Shown here in pieces: positions 1 to 13,761 of a stretch of DNA of 64,000 bases. Under the pieces are notes generated by a model that searched no databases, had not been told where the DNA came from, and was given only the letters and a program-made list of their open reading frames with translations. This DNA comes from the human T2T-CHM13v2.0 reference genome, Homo sapiens. The stretch lies in assembly GCF_009914755.1 (NCBI RefSeq), contig NC_060940.1; one strand, written 5' to 3'. Numbering within the stretch: position 1 is the stretch's first letter; each line of letters begins with the position of its first letter. The position numbers and the translations under genes were made by a program.

Positions 1-1479
1 CAGGGAACCACCCATGCCCGAACCACCACAGCTGGTACAGGCTACTTGTGGCCTAGACTTAGGTGAGTAGGAGGGGGGTATTTGAAGATCCAAGAATTCC
101 AGGTCTTGGAATCTGAAGTGAAAACTTCAGATCGCGGATCCAGAGGTTTTCTAGAATGTCCATTATGGCTGAAGTGAGGAGATACGAAGGCTGCAGAGGT
201 AGCGGTGGTAGGGGAAATGTTGAGGGACACACGGGGGTCTGGCACCCTTCCCCATTGACGAGAAGCACTGTGTTTTTCTCTTTTTGTATATTAGGATATT
301 GCAAGCCAAGTCCTTAGGACAAAAGTTTTCTTGACTTACATATAAAGAACATTTGTAAAATGCTGATAAGCCTCCTATCCTTCCAAGCCCACTGAGTGGC
401 TTGGAATTCAATTTCTGCTTGAATATTTGCAGGTCTAGAAGTCTCCATAGTCTTAAAAGCAGCCAATACCACTCTCACACAAGTGTGACTCTTGAGAACA
501 GTCTTCTTGTGTCATATCAAGAGACTTTTCTGTAGCTTGTAGAGTCCAGTCCTTTTTATGTGCTCTGCAGTCTCACAGAAAAACCCATTTTCTATAGTTA
601 CACTAATTAACACTTACCAAGCACCTGCGATTGGGCCACTGCCCTCCTCAACCCACTCTCCCACATATAGATTTTATTAGGTGGAGATTAGCGAGGCTCA
701 GTGGTTTAGGACAGAGGCCACACTGATGGTGTGTAATGGGGCGACAGTCAAGGTGGGTCTCACTCAAAATTCCATGCTGGCTCCTATGCAGACCAAAGGG
801 TTATGAGGAGGAGTGTGATGGCTGCTCTGATCTTCAGGGCCCTGTGAATGCTCAGGCTGAGATGCACGAGCTTCTGTGCCCTGCCTCTGGACCCTAGCAT
901 TCATCTACCCATCCCTCCTCTTCTCACCCCAGTGCCCACCCATGACCGAGCACATTCCTAGATACTCCATGACTATGTGCTGCCAAAGTAACTAAATGCA
1001 GAGGCTAGGAAATTCCTCAAGGTGCCTTCTACTGCCATGCAAGAGTTCTCAGGTATTTAATTTATAAAATCTACCTAATCAACTGCCCATAAGTATGTTT
1101 TGAAAAATGAAAAACACCACGTAGAGGAAACACTAGGTATCTGTCCCCTACTCATTTCTCCAGCCTGGCCTCCTTCCCTGTTCTCACTTCCTTCCTGTGC
1201 GCCTTCCTCCCCAGGATCTTGCCTCATCTTGGAACAGAACTTAGTCTTTCACCTCTTTCATGGTGGTCTTGGCATGGACCTTTCCCCCTGGTTAGACACT
1301 TCTCGTCTGACTTCATTTTTACTTGCTACTCGGTGGTCATCCACCCCTTCTTCAGTGAGGCTTTATCTTTCTTTCCAGTGTCAAGTAAGCACCCATATGT
1401 GTCATCTTATGGCATTCTGTACTATTCCCTTCTTTGTGTATAATAATTCTATGTATATACTGAACATCTATAGCCTCCA

Positions 1480-1600
1480 CTAGGAAAATCTCAGAAGGAA
1501 TGATGGTGTCTCTTCTTATCACGGGGTTCCCAGCATCTAGTACATAATATGTGCTCAATAAATATGTATTAAGTGGGCAAATACATGAGTGAATAAAAAT
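1480..1600 (+). mobile_element. L2 LINE 3' end fragment
   Basis: cccagcatctagtacataatatgtgctcaataaatatgtatt...tgagtgaat resembles the L2 3' terminus. Confidence 0.6.
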
Positions 1601-2150
1601 AAATGCATGGTTGTTTAATATATGAGCAATTCCAGAGTATAAAGTAAATATTTAAATGTTCACATCCGTGTCAACAGCTCATTCTTCTGCTCTATCCAGA
1701 CAGCCCCATGAGGTTGACTGTGTTCCTTTCTTCACTTGCCAATATGCCTCTATCTACAGACCATGTTTGCACCTCTAGGATGAATAAAGGACTTCTAGGA
1801 AAGTTGTGTTACAACCACAGATCCCATTTCCAGACCATTGCAGGTATATGGGACACAGCACCATTAAACTGAATGCAGTTGGTTTTGAAAAAACTTGAAA
1901 TTTCTTCAAAGGTCCATCTGCATACATAAGAAAGCTCAGCCAAAGTCTACACATCCCTCTATATGCAATTAATACATTTATATTCCCATGCAGTTCCCAA
2001 TGTAGTCACATTGCCTGGGCAACAATAAAACATCACTTGCTGAGGCCACTGAATTCTGTCATGCATCCATCAATGATTCATTCTTCCTTCAATCTTTATT
2101 TTCTTATTCATTGCCTTCTTCAGTCCTTCAGTTAGACCCTGGCATTCAGG

Positions 2151-2199
2151 ATCCATCCATCCATCCATCCATCATCCATTCACCCATCCATCCATCCAC
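2151..2199. repeat. (CCAT)n microsatellite, imperfect
   Basis: Visible atccatccatcc repeats. Confidence 0.9.
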
Positions 2200-3113
2200 C
2201 AATTTGCATTTCTAGGCATCTGACCTTTTCTTAAGACCCAACTTAGCTACCCCGGGATCTACAGGGATGGGGAATCTGAGAATTCATAGCCTAGCACTGA
2301 GGGTCCATATCAAATTAGAAGTAAAGCAGACAGCCAAGAAGAATGGAAAAGGTTCCTCCTTGTCTACTCACTCACTGTATGTCAGGATTCCACATGCCTG
2401 GCTAGGCCTCCTTATCACATCAGCTGACACCTGGATGCAATGATCTCACATACATATTTCTCCAGGCCAGACCTGTTTGGTGCACTCCACACAGATCATC
2501 GAAACTGCCTACCTTGACATATTTCCTACTTGCTAATTCAAAATTGGATTTCTCAGAATGGCTAAGATGAACCCTTGATCGTCAGTCCAATTCATTCTCT
2601 TCCAGGATTTGTTCACTTACCAATGACTCTGTTTCTACACCAAAAACATAGGGATCAGTCTTGCCTTCCACCTTCCTTCACAACCACCAATCCATCATAT
2701 TTTACAACTTCGATATTTTTCCCATCCTAGCATCATCACCGTAGTCCAACTCCCATCATCTTTCACTTGGACAATGTTTATTAAATTGCATGTGCTTGGG
2801 CTGCTCCAAATCTGTCTTAACAACGTTGTTTTCAAACACAGATCTCACCAGGTGACCCACCTTCTGCTTGAGAACTTTTTGTGGCTTCCCTCCCATCGCT
2901 CTTAAGGGTGAGGTAAAGGCTACAAGGCTGACATGAGCTGGCCCAGAGTATCTCCCTCATCTCTTTTTGTCCCTACCCTCCCTGCCTAGCCCTGCATGTT
3001 CCCATCACACCAACCATACTCATGCTAACAAATATATTTCCTCTTGCTAAAAAAAAGCTCTGCCATGCCACCCCCCATAGACCAAGTACATTCATCTTTT
3101 CTCCCCCACCCCC

Positions 3114-3398
3114 TTTTTTTTTTTAGAGACAGGGTCTCACTCTGTCACCAGGCTGGAGTGAAGTGGCAAGATTTTGGCTCAATGCAGCCTCAACTTCCCA
3201 GGCTCAAGTGATCCTCCCACCTCAGCCTCCCAAGCAGCTGGGACCAAAGATATGTACCACCACACCTAACTATTTTTTATTATTTGTAGAGACAAAGCCT
3301 TGCCTTGCTGTGTTGCCCAGGCTGGTCCTGAACTCCTGGGCTCCCACCTTGGCCTCCCAAAGTGCTGGGATTACAGGTGTGAGCCACCATTCCTGGCC
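3114..3398 (-). mobile_element. Alu SINE (AluJ-like)
   Basis: T-run, gagacagggtctcactctgtc...ctcccaaagtgctgggattacaggtgtgagccacc; flanking cttttctcc at 3096-3104 and 3399-3407 is a probable TSD. Confidence 0.93.
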
Positions 3399-3476
3399 CT
3401 TTTCTCCTTCATTAGCTCTCAGCATGTCTTTCATCAGGACACTCTTCCCTGATTTCCTCATCTGGGGACCAGGGAG

Positions 3477-3927
3477 TGCGTTTGTTTTGTCCACCCAGAA
3501 GATGCTGTCAATAGTCCATATCCCTATAAACTAGCCCAGAGGCACCTCATAGCCAGCCCCCACTACATCTCTCTCCCTGATGTCTCTCTGGCTGTGGGGA
3601 AATGCTTGACTCACATAGGACAGGCTGGGAGTGTTAGGGAGTCAATAAACCGAAGCACTTCTCAACCAATGAGCCATGAGGGCTGGGCCTTGCCCACAGT
3701 GAGGCAATTCTCAGGCGTGTCCCATATAGTCTTAGGAACCCAGCAGGGCTGAGTCTCTGTTGCCCACAGCATTAATTATCTCTATGACATAACTTTCACT
3801 GGCTTTCTTCAATTACTTGTCTCACTTCTCCACTCCCTCATTGTGCTCCCTGAAATCACCTCCCAAATAAACGTTTGTACTCACACCCTTGTCTAAGGGC
3901 CTATTAGGGGAAAGAAAAAGTAAGACA
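3477..3927 (+). mobile_element. ERVL solo LTR, LTR16-like
   Basis: 3' end cacctcccaaataaacgtttgtactcacacccttgtctaaggg...taagaca matches the LTR16-type terminus. Confidence 0.65.
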
Positions 3928-4939
3928 TTTTCACAGGAAAGGCTCACTTCTTCCAGATCACTAAATCCATCCGTGATTATGTGTTTATTACTGCAAATCT
4001 TCGATAACTGTCTGCCTTTCTCTTTAGGCTATTAGTTTCATGAGAACAAGGTTCCCGGCTATTTTTTGTTCTTCATCGATTTCCTGGTGCCCACCTCAAT
4101 ACCCAGCACATAGCAGGTGCTCAATGAATCTTTCTCCAATACAAATAAAATGATACATCAAGCTGTGTCTCCAGCACTGGAAATAAAACTATTATGATTT
4201 AATCACCACCCTTAAGAGGCTCGTATTGTAGGAGAAGCAAATTGAAATATTCATAGTATACTCTCATTGAAATTAATGTCACTCATTAGCATTGGATTTT
4301 ATGAGATCTGAGGAAAAAGTACTTCGCCCACCTAAAAGGAGATCAGTAAGGGAAGAGATCCCAAAGCCTCATCCCAAAAGGCACACACCCCAAGAGAAGA
4401 AGGCTTCCACACAAAGATTCCGTAGAACTGTTGAGAGAAAGTAGAATAAATGCATTTGCTGTATGGGCTTGATACTTGAGAAAGTTATAAAAACCTCTAA
4501 CTCAGAGGCTCAGAACCAGACTAATCATATTGTAGTAAATATTAATAATGGAAATTAAATAGCAGATGCATCAGTAACAGTGTACACATGGAGTGTGAGC
4601 ACTCAGATGTGGTTTGTTCTAAAAATTAGGCTGATCTAAAAATACTCTTTGCGGAGGTGCTCTCATTTTCCAGAAGCAGTGATTAGGGCAGCAGGGGGCT
4701 TGGCCCAGGAAGTTTCCTGTCTGCCAAGGTTTTGGCAGCCCCCAGGGGGGCCGAGGAGTCTTGTTCAGGAGTGGCTGCCTCACAGAGCCTGTGAGTTCTG
4801 AACTCTGCTTCTGTCTTTCAAGACCTGTACCTACAATTCTCAGTGAACTGTTTTCATTTGTAAATGTACTCAACGCTGGAAGGAATTTGCCAAATTGTCT
4901 ATCACCTGTCATCATTTAGTGGAATCCAAGTTTGTCTTT

Positions 4940-5360
4940 TGTCTTATGGTGGAGCTGAGTGCTGTAACCAATAACCCCAGAACCTCAGTGGCTTAACATA
5001 CTAAAAGTATATTATTTCTGGCTCATGTAAAGTGGAATTGGATGTTTGACATGGGGCCTTCCACAGCTCTGATTCAGAGACAAAGACCTTTTCAGTCTGG
5101 TGGCTCCTCAGTCCTCTTGGGTCTCAGAGTCCTTGTTGGATGCTGTGCCTCTTTCCAGCAGATGGGAAGAGGCTCTTAGGTGGCAAAGGAGGTCGTTCAG
5201 GCTGGGTCTGGGAGGTTTGCTGGTTTCGCTCACATGCATTAGTCATAACTCAGCTCCAAGCCCCATTTACATGCAGAAGAGCCTGAGAAACAAGGTCCGG
5301 CTGTGTTCCCAGGCAGAAAAGGAAACAGGGTCTTCTTGTAAAGACTGAGAGGTCTCTCCC
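4940..5360 (-). mobile_element. Old MaLR/ERVL LTR (MLT1- or LTR33-like)
   Basis: gctgtaaccaataaccccagaacctcagtggcttaacatac...tatttctggctcatg is a typical reverse LTR end. Confidence 0.55.
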
Positions 5361-5695
5361 ATACTTTTCAAGACATGTTTAGAAAGGACGGGGCCATGGG
5401 AAGGTAACCGCAGATGGCATTCCCTATCTGGTGCATGGAATGCAGCCCGCCCTTATCTGTCTCGATGAGATCATCTTTTCCACTTTTCAACTGACACAAA
5501 GGAGCTGGGTCTGTTGGACCTAGTGACCTGGAATTCCACAAGTGTTGATATTTGGACTTCCTGGATAATATGTATCCAGATCACCTTTTTACTTCAGGAA
5601 ATATAAGGTCCAAAAATCAGTGATGTTCAAGAAATGGGCTTCCTACTAGGCAAATAAGTAACTTTAGTTCTTGGAAAAATTACTTAATTTCAGGT

Positions 5696-5699
<4 letters not shown>

Positions 5700-5742
<43 letters not shown>
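5700..5742. repeat. (TG)21 microsatellite
   Basis: Perfect dinucleotide run. Confidence 0.97.
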
Positions 5743-5744
<2 letters not shown>

Positions 5745-5904
5745 CCAAAAGGCTTTGGAAGAGGTGATGTCGAGGCATAGCAAATGAGAACTCATCCCCA
5801 TTATCTATGTCCTAGAATAGCCCTAGATTAGAGTTACAGGAGCTGAATTTATTTTCTCTTTATTAAGAACAGAGTTGAAATTCTGAGCTCAGCAACCATA
5901 TTGG

Positions 5905-6055
5905 GTTGTTATTATAATCATCTCCATTTTAAAGGTGAGTAAACCAACACTGAGAGGCATTAGGGATTTTCCCCTAAGTTATATAGTGACTAAGTGGTGG
6001 AGATAGGACTGAAACCCCAAAAATCCAATATGGGAGCCAGACTTAACAGTACACT
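5905..6055 (-). mobile_element. MIR SINE fragment
   Basis: catctccattttaaaggtgagtaaacc...taagtggtggagataggactgaaacccc is the reverse MIR core. Confidence 0.6.
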
Positions 6056-6961
6056 TTCCCAAGCATCTTCGAGGAATTTGTATTGCAGGAAAAATATTGC
6101 TTTCTAAAATGCATGTAACTCATTTGTAAACATTATATATTACTGCCTGAAAATTTAGAATAAAGCAGAATAAATGAAAATCAATAGTCCTTTACCCAAC
6201 CACAACCATGGTTGAAATCTTAGCAAAAATTGGAACAAATAATATTTATTACTTTTTAACCATTCCATTCCCCATACCTCATCTTCAGAAAGTTTTCTTA
6301 CAAAATTACTAATTCTGGCCAGTCCTTTCTGCTTCTGAATAACCCTCAATATCTTCTCTAACCTTGGACTTACAGAAGCCAAACCAACCTCAGGGTAAGT
6401 CCAGACTTTGTTTTTATTGGAAAGTCTATTTTTCACTCCAAAATAACAATTTTGGCAACTACAAAATCAGAGCTGCTGCTGCTTATGATAGACCAACTTC
6501 AGAACCAGTAGTGTGGCCAATAAGAATGTGCTAGTGATGTGGCAGTTCTCTGGAAGAGACCAATGTCACAGCAAACTGGATGCTCTGAGCACTGTCTCCA
6601 AACATTGTGACACCTCTTCTTCCTGACTTGCCACAGAGATCATTGAGAAGCACTTTAGATAGAGTTCAATACATACGTCCATGAATGCCTCCAATCTTAA
6701 CGGATGTGTTTTTTGCACAAAGTACCATGACAGGCATGAAGGATAAGACACAGATAAAATTGTATCTCATGATGTACCTTCCATCTGGAATCTGGGAAAT
6801 GAGCAATGGGAACACAGTCCTTGGTTGTTAATGTGGTATTTGTTCCTCTTAGGCATGGGAGGTAAAAGGGGCACATCAATATCACCATTTTACCAAGAAG
6901 GAAACTGAGGCTGTAAGGCATTTAGTGTCTTACTGAGGGCAAAGCAAAGGTAGAAACTAGT

Positions 6962-7951
6962 TGTTATGGTTTGAGTGTGTCTCCTCCAAAATCAAGGTGC
7001 TGAAACTTAATGGCCAATGTGATCGCATTAAGAGGAAGGGGGACCTTTAAGAGGTGATTAGGCCATGAAGGATCCACCATCATGAATGGAATGTAGGCCC
7101 TTATAAAAGATGCTTCATACAGCCTTCAGCTGTCTCCCCTTTTCACCTTCTGCACCCAGAGGATGCAGATACAGGCACCATCTTGGAAGCAGACAGCAAC
7201 TCTCAGCAGACAACCAAACCACTGGTGTCCTAATCTTGGACTTTCCAGACTCCAGAATGATGAGAAAGAAGTTTCTGTTCTTTATAAATTACCTGTCTCA
7301 GGTACTTTGTTACAGCAGTGTTCTGTGTGGGAAACACGCGAGGGGAGAAGAAAAGACACACACAATACCTCTAAGGGTAAACAATCTTTATCCCATATAA
7401 ATAGCAATGCTGATATAATAAGCAAATGATATAGTAAGTAGATTGATATAATAAGCAGACTGATATAATAAGCAGATTGATATAATAAGCAAATTGTGAT
7501 GGGAAGGGGAGAAGGAAAAAGATATTTACACTCACCAGAGTGTGGAGGATTCACCACCAGACTGGGAAGCAACAGCCTGGGCACCATAGTCGGCCACTCG
7601 TCTGTGCACAGACGAGGAGAGGTCTCATGAAGCTTCAGTGCAGTCTAGGACCCTAGCTCTTTTTGTAACAAGTTGTTTGACATGAGGCCCAGTCATGAGG
7701 GTCCCTCACGACTGGGCTCAAGGAACACAAAAAGGTCAACTTGTTTTTGTAATTGTCTGTTGTTTTCAATAACTAATATATAGGAATAGATTGAAATAGA
7801 GATTACTCCGACACAGCAATGGATGAACACCTCAAAGGGCCCACACTACTTGTTCTGAGACTTGGTGACCATTGTTTGTGTCCATGTTCAATTGAGTTCA
7901 CATTTAATATTTAACTTTTCCTCCACAAGCAGCACAAAATAGATGAAGACA
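6962..7951 (+). mobile_element. MaLR solo LTR (MST/MLT1A-like), split by a younger LTR
   Basis: Starts tgttatggtttgagtgtgtctcctccaaaa, contains taagaggtgattaggccatgaagg, resumes at 7928 and ends gaagaca; near-TSD ctagt/gtagt. Confidence 0.8.
7319..7927 (-). mobile_element. Solo ERV LTR, LTR18-like
   Basis: TG...CA termini and perfect 5-bp TSD AGCAG (7314-7318, 7928-7932); reverse start TGTGGAGGAAAAGTTAAATATTAAAT recalled as LTR18; family name less certain than the LTR call. Confidence 0.75.
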
Positions 7952-8305
7952 GTAGTAAATCCAGGACTCAAACATAAGTTTGTGATTTATAATGTAGACA
8001 AAGGCATTGTAAGGAGTTACAAGTGGTCATTTAGACATATCCTAGAGTACTCTAAGATCATCCTAACCAATATTACTTTCCTATCATAAGGGTTATACCA
8101 CTTGCATGGAGGATCATGATGACAGTCACCTGTCAGGATTTTCTTCCATTTATAAGTCCACGAAAAGCCTATGTTTTCTCTGCCTCTGAAATTGTGCATT
8201 AAAGTCTCAATCTGTGCTTGGCACTTGACAGGTACTCAGTATAAATCATATATCCTTGCAATTATCGACCCCATGATTACCAAATTACCTATGTGTCAAG
8301 TAGAA

Positions 8306-8331
8306 AGGAGGAAAGAGAAAGAAGAAAGAAA

Positions 8332-8383
<52 letters not shown>

Positions 8384-8440
8384 AAAAGAAAGAAAGAAAG
8401 AAAGAAAGAAAAAGAAAGGAGGGATGGAGGGGAGAGAGAA
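8306..8440. repeat. (GAAA)n polypurine microsatellite
   Basis: Visible aaagaaagaaag array. Confidence 0.95.
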
Positions 8441-10469
8441 ATAAATTATTTTATTTTTCTGGTTCCTGAGACATTTCCATAAGTTATTAGAAAAAAAAGA
8501 TCAATTTACTAGTAAAATAAAATGTAAATCTTTGCAAAAATTTTCTGTAACCTCCGCAGGTTTAAAAAGGAACCTTTGTTCTTTGTTTCGCTCCTAATGA
8601 TGATTGCCCTTAAGTCTTGGGCTGATGTTTTTAAACCAGGAATTGATTTGAATTGGATAGGAGATAACCAACATTGAACACAAGGTAAGCATTAAGATGA
8701 GTTTTTTTTTCTTGGTCATATCGTGTGTGTATAAATTACCTTCAGCACAGAGAGTTTTATTATCAATCATTTGAGCCAATAAATGTCTCATTAAATCTAA
8801 TTTTCACTTATGGAGTACGCAATTGTCATTATATAAATATTATTTAATTACATAATGGCTCAACTATTAAGAAATCTGTATTTAACTGATATTTGAACCA
8901 TATTCATAAAATGCTCTATTCTAGGAACTATTTGAGAATTCCATAATATTTTGATTAAAGACGGTAGTACTTTACTGATTGTATTTGGATAAGCCATGTT
9001 GTCTTTATAATAAGGTGTGTTGATATTAAAAAATGATTAAACATTTTCAAGGGAAGAGCTGCTTCAACTTCACCCACCTTTCATCTTCATATTATGAATT
9101 ATACATTATTCTTTCACTTCTATATCCTCAATCCTTTTTTCTTTGTAGGCAATTATACAGTGACCCATCCATATAGCTCATGAGATTTCTCAATTTTTTA
9201 TGAATGTTCGTAAATATGGAGGAAATGAGTGCCAAATTTATAACCGGTTGGACCATATTAATCTTTTTTTGTTGTTGTTGGAGGGATGGCTATAGTTATC
9301 ACATTGCACTGTTTGAATTTAAGAGAAAATTATTTTAGGGCAGTATGGGGAGTGAAAGATGTTTAAATCTAGAAAGTCCCTTTAGCCAAGTATGTGACAA
9401 GCACCATGTAAGTGGAAGAATTTGGAAGCCTAACTTGAATACTTCTTTGTTTTATTTCCTGAGAGATGATAGGAGACTCGGGGTCCAGAACATGATGAAT
9501 GTTGGCTGTCAGATGAAGGCGAAGGGAGATGGAACTGGGCTGGGTCAAGTTTAGGGAACTTACCTTTGGAAGATGTCTGTGTTATGGGGGCATGCGACAC
9601 TCAAATTTAGTCTTATCCTAATGTAAATATCCAAGGGCTATTCTCATGACAGTGGAATTCAGGGAATGGTTACACTTGAGATGCAGCTCGTGCCAGAGTG
9701 GCCTGAAGCCTGTCTCAGGCAGGAGGCAGGGATAAGAGCATACGGTCTTCCCAACTATGGCAGGACATAACCCATAATAGAGTGTGAGCTCAACCAGGAC
9801 AAAGCCCTTTTTCATTCTTGGTTATCTCCATAGTGCCCAGGACAGACTCTATAACACTAGATCTGTAGAAACATTTGCCAAACTGTGGATGGAGAGAAGA
9901 TGCAGTCAATGTCAGGGCACAAAGAGTGTATCAGTTTTGTGGGCTTGGATATGGCACATGGTTGGGGACCTGAGGCAGACTCCTAAGGATAAGCCAGTTG
10001 TGTGGATGGTTCTAGAGTTAAAAGGAAGTGTCTTAGAATAGGGGAAGGTGCATGATGATCAGAGCTCACTCAAGGGGCAACGGGTACCAATCTTCAGTGG
10101 GTTGTGTGTCTACCATTCTCATTGACTCATTCAACAAACATCTATGGGGCACTGGCTTTCAGCCAAATACTATGTGAAATGTTGGGACACACAAATAAAA
10201 TGTCATGATTCCTGGTTTGGAAGAACTTTTGCCTTAGTGGAGAGAAAGACCTCCTAACACCACACACTGTAAGTCAGCAAAGGCTTAATGGTTGTGTATG
10301 GCAGGGTATTGGCAAGACTGCCTCCAGGATGGTGGTCCAGATATCTTGTATTTGAGAAAGCCATATGCTCTCTGATGCTTCCAGAGAGCCCCAGATCCTC
10401 CTCAGCAGCAGGGCTTGAACATTCTAGAAACTCCAAATTATACTGAAGGTGTTGGTATTTTATTTCTTT

Positions 10470-10710
10470 TTGGTAAACATTTGAATTGGCTCAGGCACTA
10501 TGCCAAGGGCTTTGCAAATATTTATTCATATAATCAATCCTCACAATAATATGGAGGAATAAATTCTAGCATTTCCATTTGACAAATGAGGAGGCAAGAT
10601 TTCAGCATTTAAGTCATTTGCCCAAGATCCCACAAGTAGTGTTTGGGGGGATCCTACACTTGAACTCAGAAAGTTTCACTCTAAAATCCATAATCTTGAA
10701 CTCTACACTG
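10470..10710 (-). mobile_element. MIR SINE
   Basis: aatcctcacaataat...ttccatttgacaaatgaggaggcaagat...aagtcatttgcccaagatcccaca. Confidence 0.7.
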
Positions 10711-12714
10711 TGGAGTGCACAGTTATGACTTCAGAGAAGGGGGAGCTCAGCATGAGGTAGAGCTAGTAAAGGCTGTACATGAACGGAGTGAGCATCTTGT
10801 GGAAAATGTAGACTTGAGTTAAGCTCACATGTGAAGAAAAGCCAGTGTAGTCTGAATCCTCAGCGGGGTGAAGGTGTGAATTCAGGACTCTACTGGTTCA
10901 GTTGAGAGCTATTTATTCAGCATCTGCAAAGCATGGCAAGCCAGTCTTACACAAATGCTGATTATAAGGTAATGAGCAAGGGGAGACGTGGCTTTCCCCT
11001 GCCCAGAGCTCCCAAGCTAGTGAGAGCTTCAAACAAGTCAATAAATGATTCCTACAGGAGCCATTAGGGCAAGTTCAGAACACTGTGGGGACGCCTAAGA
11101 AGAAGGGCTCCTAACCTCTGAGACAAGGCTGGTCAAAGGAGGCTTTCTAGAAAGAGTACAATATGAAGATAATGGCATTGGAAGAGTCTAAAACGAGTTG
11201 GGGAGAATGCTCTAGAAAGTTAGCAAAGCCAATAGAGGCTGGCATTGAGATGCTCTCATTTAAAGAATCCTAAAAAAGGCAGCAATTGAACAGGATAGAG
11301 GGTTCAGAGAGACCCACACTTCTCCCCTATTCCTGTTCCTGGTGCTCAGAGTAGAAGCATAAGGTACCCTAGGGAACAAAGTCTTAGTAATTGCCTCTAG
11401 GAATAATATTATTGGTCACACTGGGTTCCTTAAACCCAATTCAACTTTGCCCCTATATCAGCAATTTAGTAGGTTTAACTACATTGCTTTTCTGTTCCAA
11501 TCTGCTTTGTGAAGTGCTTAAGAAAAGGCCCTTTATAACTCTCTATAATAATAAATTATGAACAACAAAAAAAGGGGCAGCAGCGTCGCCCTCCTGTTCC
11601 TCCAAGGGGAAAGCTGAGCCTAATTCATATATTCTGCTCTGTCTGGCTATCTGGTGGAAATAAAAGATTGATGCGAACTTTACTGTGTAAAATTTGGGGT
11701 CTTTTCATCCAGACGAGAAGACAATTGAATATTATAAAAACATGCAGCACACTTGAAGAGAACTTATTTTATTCAAGCACTAAGAACCTTCACCCTGAGA
11801 GAAACTGCTTTCTGTAAAAATAAATAAATTAATATATGCCTGCATGAGAAATAGATTTCTCTGATAGTTTTTTAATCTGAGAATCTTGCAGCTGAGAAGT
11901 CCAACTGCTTCATTTTAAAAGTGCAGAAACAAATAACCCTTGGGTTGGTAAGTAGCTCACCTAAGATCACGCAAACATAGATGGACAAACTCAACCCAGA
12001 CAATTTGACTCTGGAATCTCCTTTGGAAACCACAATGCCAGGTTATCTCTCACCTTTGAGGCCATGCTGAAAAGTCTGCCCTGAGATGTCCCAGAGCACA
12101 TAGAAAAGAGGGAGCACTAACACCCCAGCCTAGCTGGCTGAGTCCACCGCAGAGAAGGGGCCAGAAGAAATTGAAAATAGCTCTGATGGGAAGTTGTCCT
12201 GAGACTGTCCCATTGAGGTTCATCCCTAATTGCTGCGCATATGATAAATGAACACTGGTGTGTCTGGTTAATGTGACATGGGAAGGGATGAGGCTGCCAA
12301 CCTCCGAGGGTCAATGTTCATTATGGTGCCCAACCCAATCCATTCAGTCTGGACCACTAGCACGTGGTGTCCAGTCCTGACGCTGTTTGCAAGTTCACTG
12401 AGAAAGCAGAAAGTAGAGCTGGCTCAAAAGAAGTCTACGTGATAAAAACCTATCTTGACTCTACCCCAGGAATAAATCATGACATCACCCATTAGAAAAA
12501 TATATATATATTTAGATTATGACAATAATTTTTAAAACTTTAGAAGATGAATCAAAAAAACAAGCTAAACCCTAACATAATCTCAAAGTTACATTAAGAA
12601 AAGCAGATTCTCTAAAGCATGGATATGGGAGGTAATGACCGCACTCTACTCTTCTTAGGATAAGCAACAATCATCAGTAGTATTACTTTTAATATTAACC
12701 AACTTATTATCATC

Positions 12715-12925
12715 ATTTACCATTCTTTTTAGAATCAGGCACTCTGCCAAGCATTTCAGATGTATTGATTCCTAATCTGATCAATCTGCACAACCTCAGT
12801 ATGAGATGAATGTTTTTATCCTCATTTTCCAAATAAAGAAAACAGAGCTTGGTTGGTATTTCCAAAGCCACATGACTGCTAAATACAGAAGTACGGGGTT
12901 CAGAGTTGGTTAACTTTGAGGCTCA
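12715..12925 (-). mobile_element. MIR SINE
   Basis: caggcactctgccaagcattt...ttttatcctcattttccaaataaagaaaacagag. Confidence 0.65.
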
Positions 12926-13761
12926 CTTACATCGTCAATGACCTAAGCTCTTTCCACCTTTCCACTTCACCATCCCCAGTGGGTTAGCCTGTCCCATAAT
13001 GGCTGCTGCAATCCCAGGCATTAAAAGCAGAGGGTGATGTCTTGAGGCAGAAATCAGTCATTTTTCCTTTCCTCCATGGGTCTCTTATTAAAAATAAGAA
13101 AGGCCTTTTAGTACAACTACCTTCATATCTCATTGAACAGAAGTGAATCCCGAAAAAGTCATCCCAGTGGGGATATATTTTAAAGCCCTCTGGATGATTC
13201 TTCTGTGCAATCTGGACAGACAAGCACTGGCCAAGACTAATTTAGATTCACCTGCTGGGCCTAAGATGAGTACAGCCACTCCTGGGGCACAGGGTGCCAG
13301 ACAATGACCAACACTTGGGTCATGCTGGCAAGGAAGAAGGGTGTGGCTCCCCAGTCTGGCATAGTTAGGCATGGGCAAAACGAAGTGTGGGATAACCAGG
13401 CATGGGGAAACGACTATTCCATGGGGAGCTTACATGTCAGGTAGAGTCTCCTTTTGGCCACACTGCTTTTTGAGAAAATCCTCTTTCTATGCACAAGCCT
13501 CCAAGGTTCTGGGTTTTGTGCTAGCAAGGGAGTGATTACAAAAGCATTCTCAAATCATAGGAATTCCTGTTGTATTTTGGGAACTGTTGCTACATGGCAG
13601 GAGGAGGATGGCTTTTTCATCTCAGAGGAGTTCACTGGGCAGAAAGAAGAATAAATCGCCAAGTTATTCTATTTCAAAACCTTTTCTAAGGCATTTATCT
13701 AAGGCAAGTGTAAAACACTTAGATACAGATTGTTTTTAGGGATCAAAATTTAACCAGATAA

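Larger units (their letters stand above)
2440..4140 (+). mobile_element. L2 LINE 3' portion, interrupted by an Alu and an LTR
   Basis: L2 core motif (ccagacct...aactgcctaccttgacat) near 2460-2520; L2 tail cccagcacatagcaggtgctcaatgaat near 4102-4130. Confidence 0.65.

Noticed and set aside
163-411. GLGRIG Rossmann/GAPDH-like motif in a minus ORF
   Set aside because: Only six residues match and the flanks do not resemble a dehydrogenase; probably chance.
7411-7495. 17-bp direct repeats as a CRISPR-like array
   Set aside because: No unique spacers, located inside a retroviral LTR, eukaryotic context.
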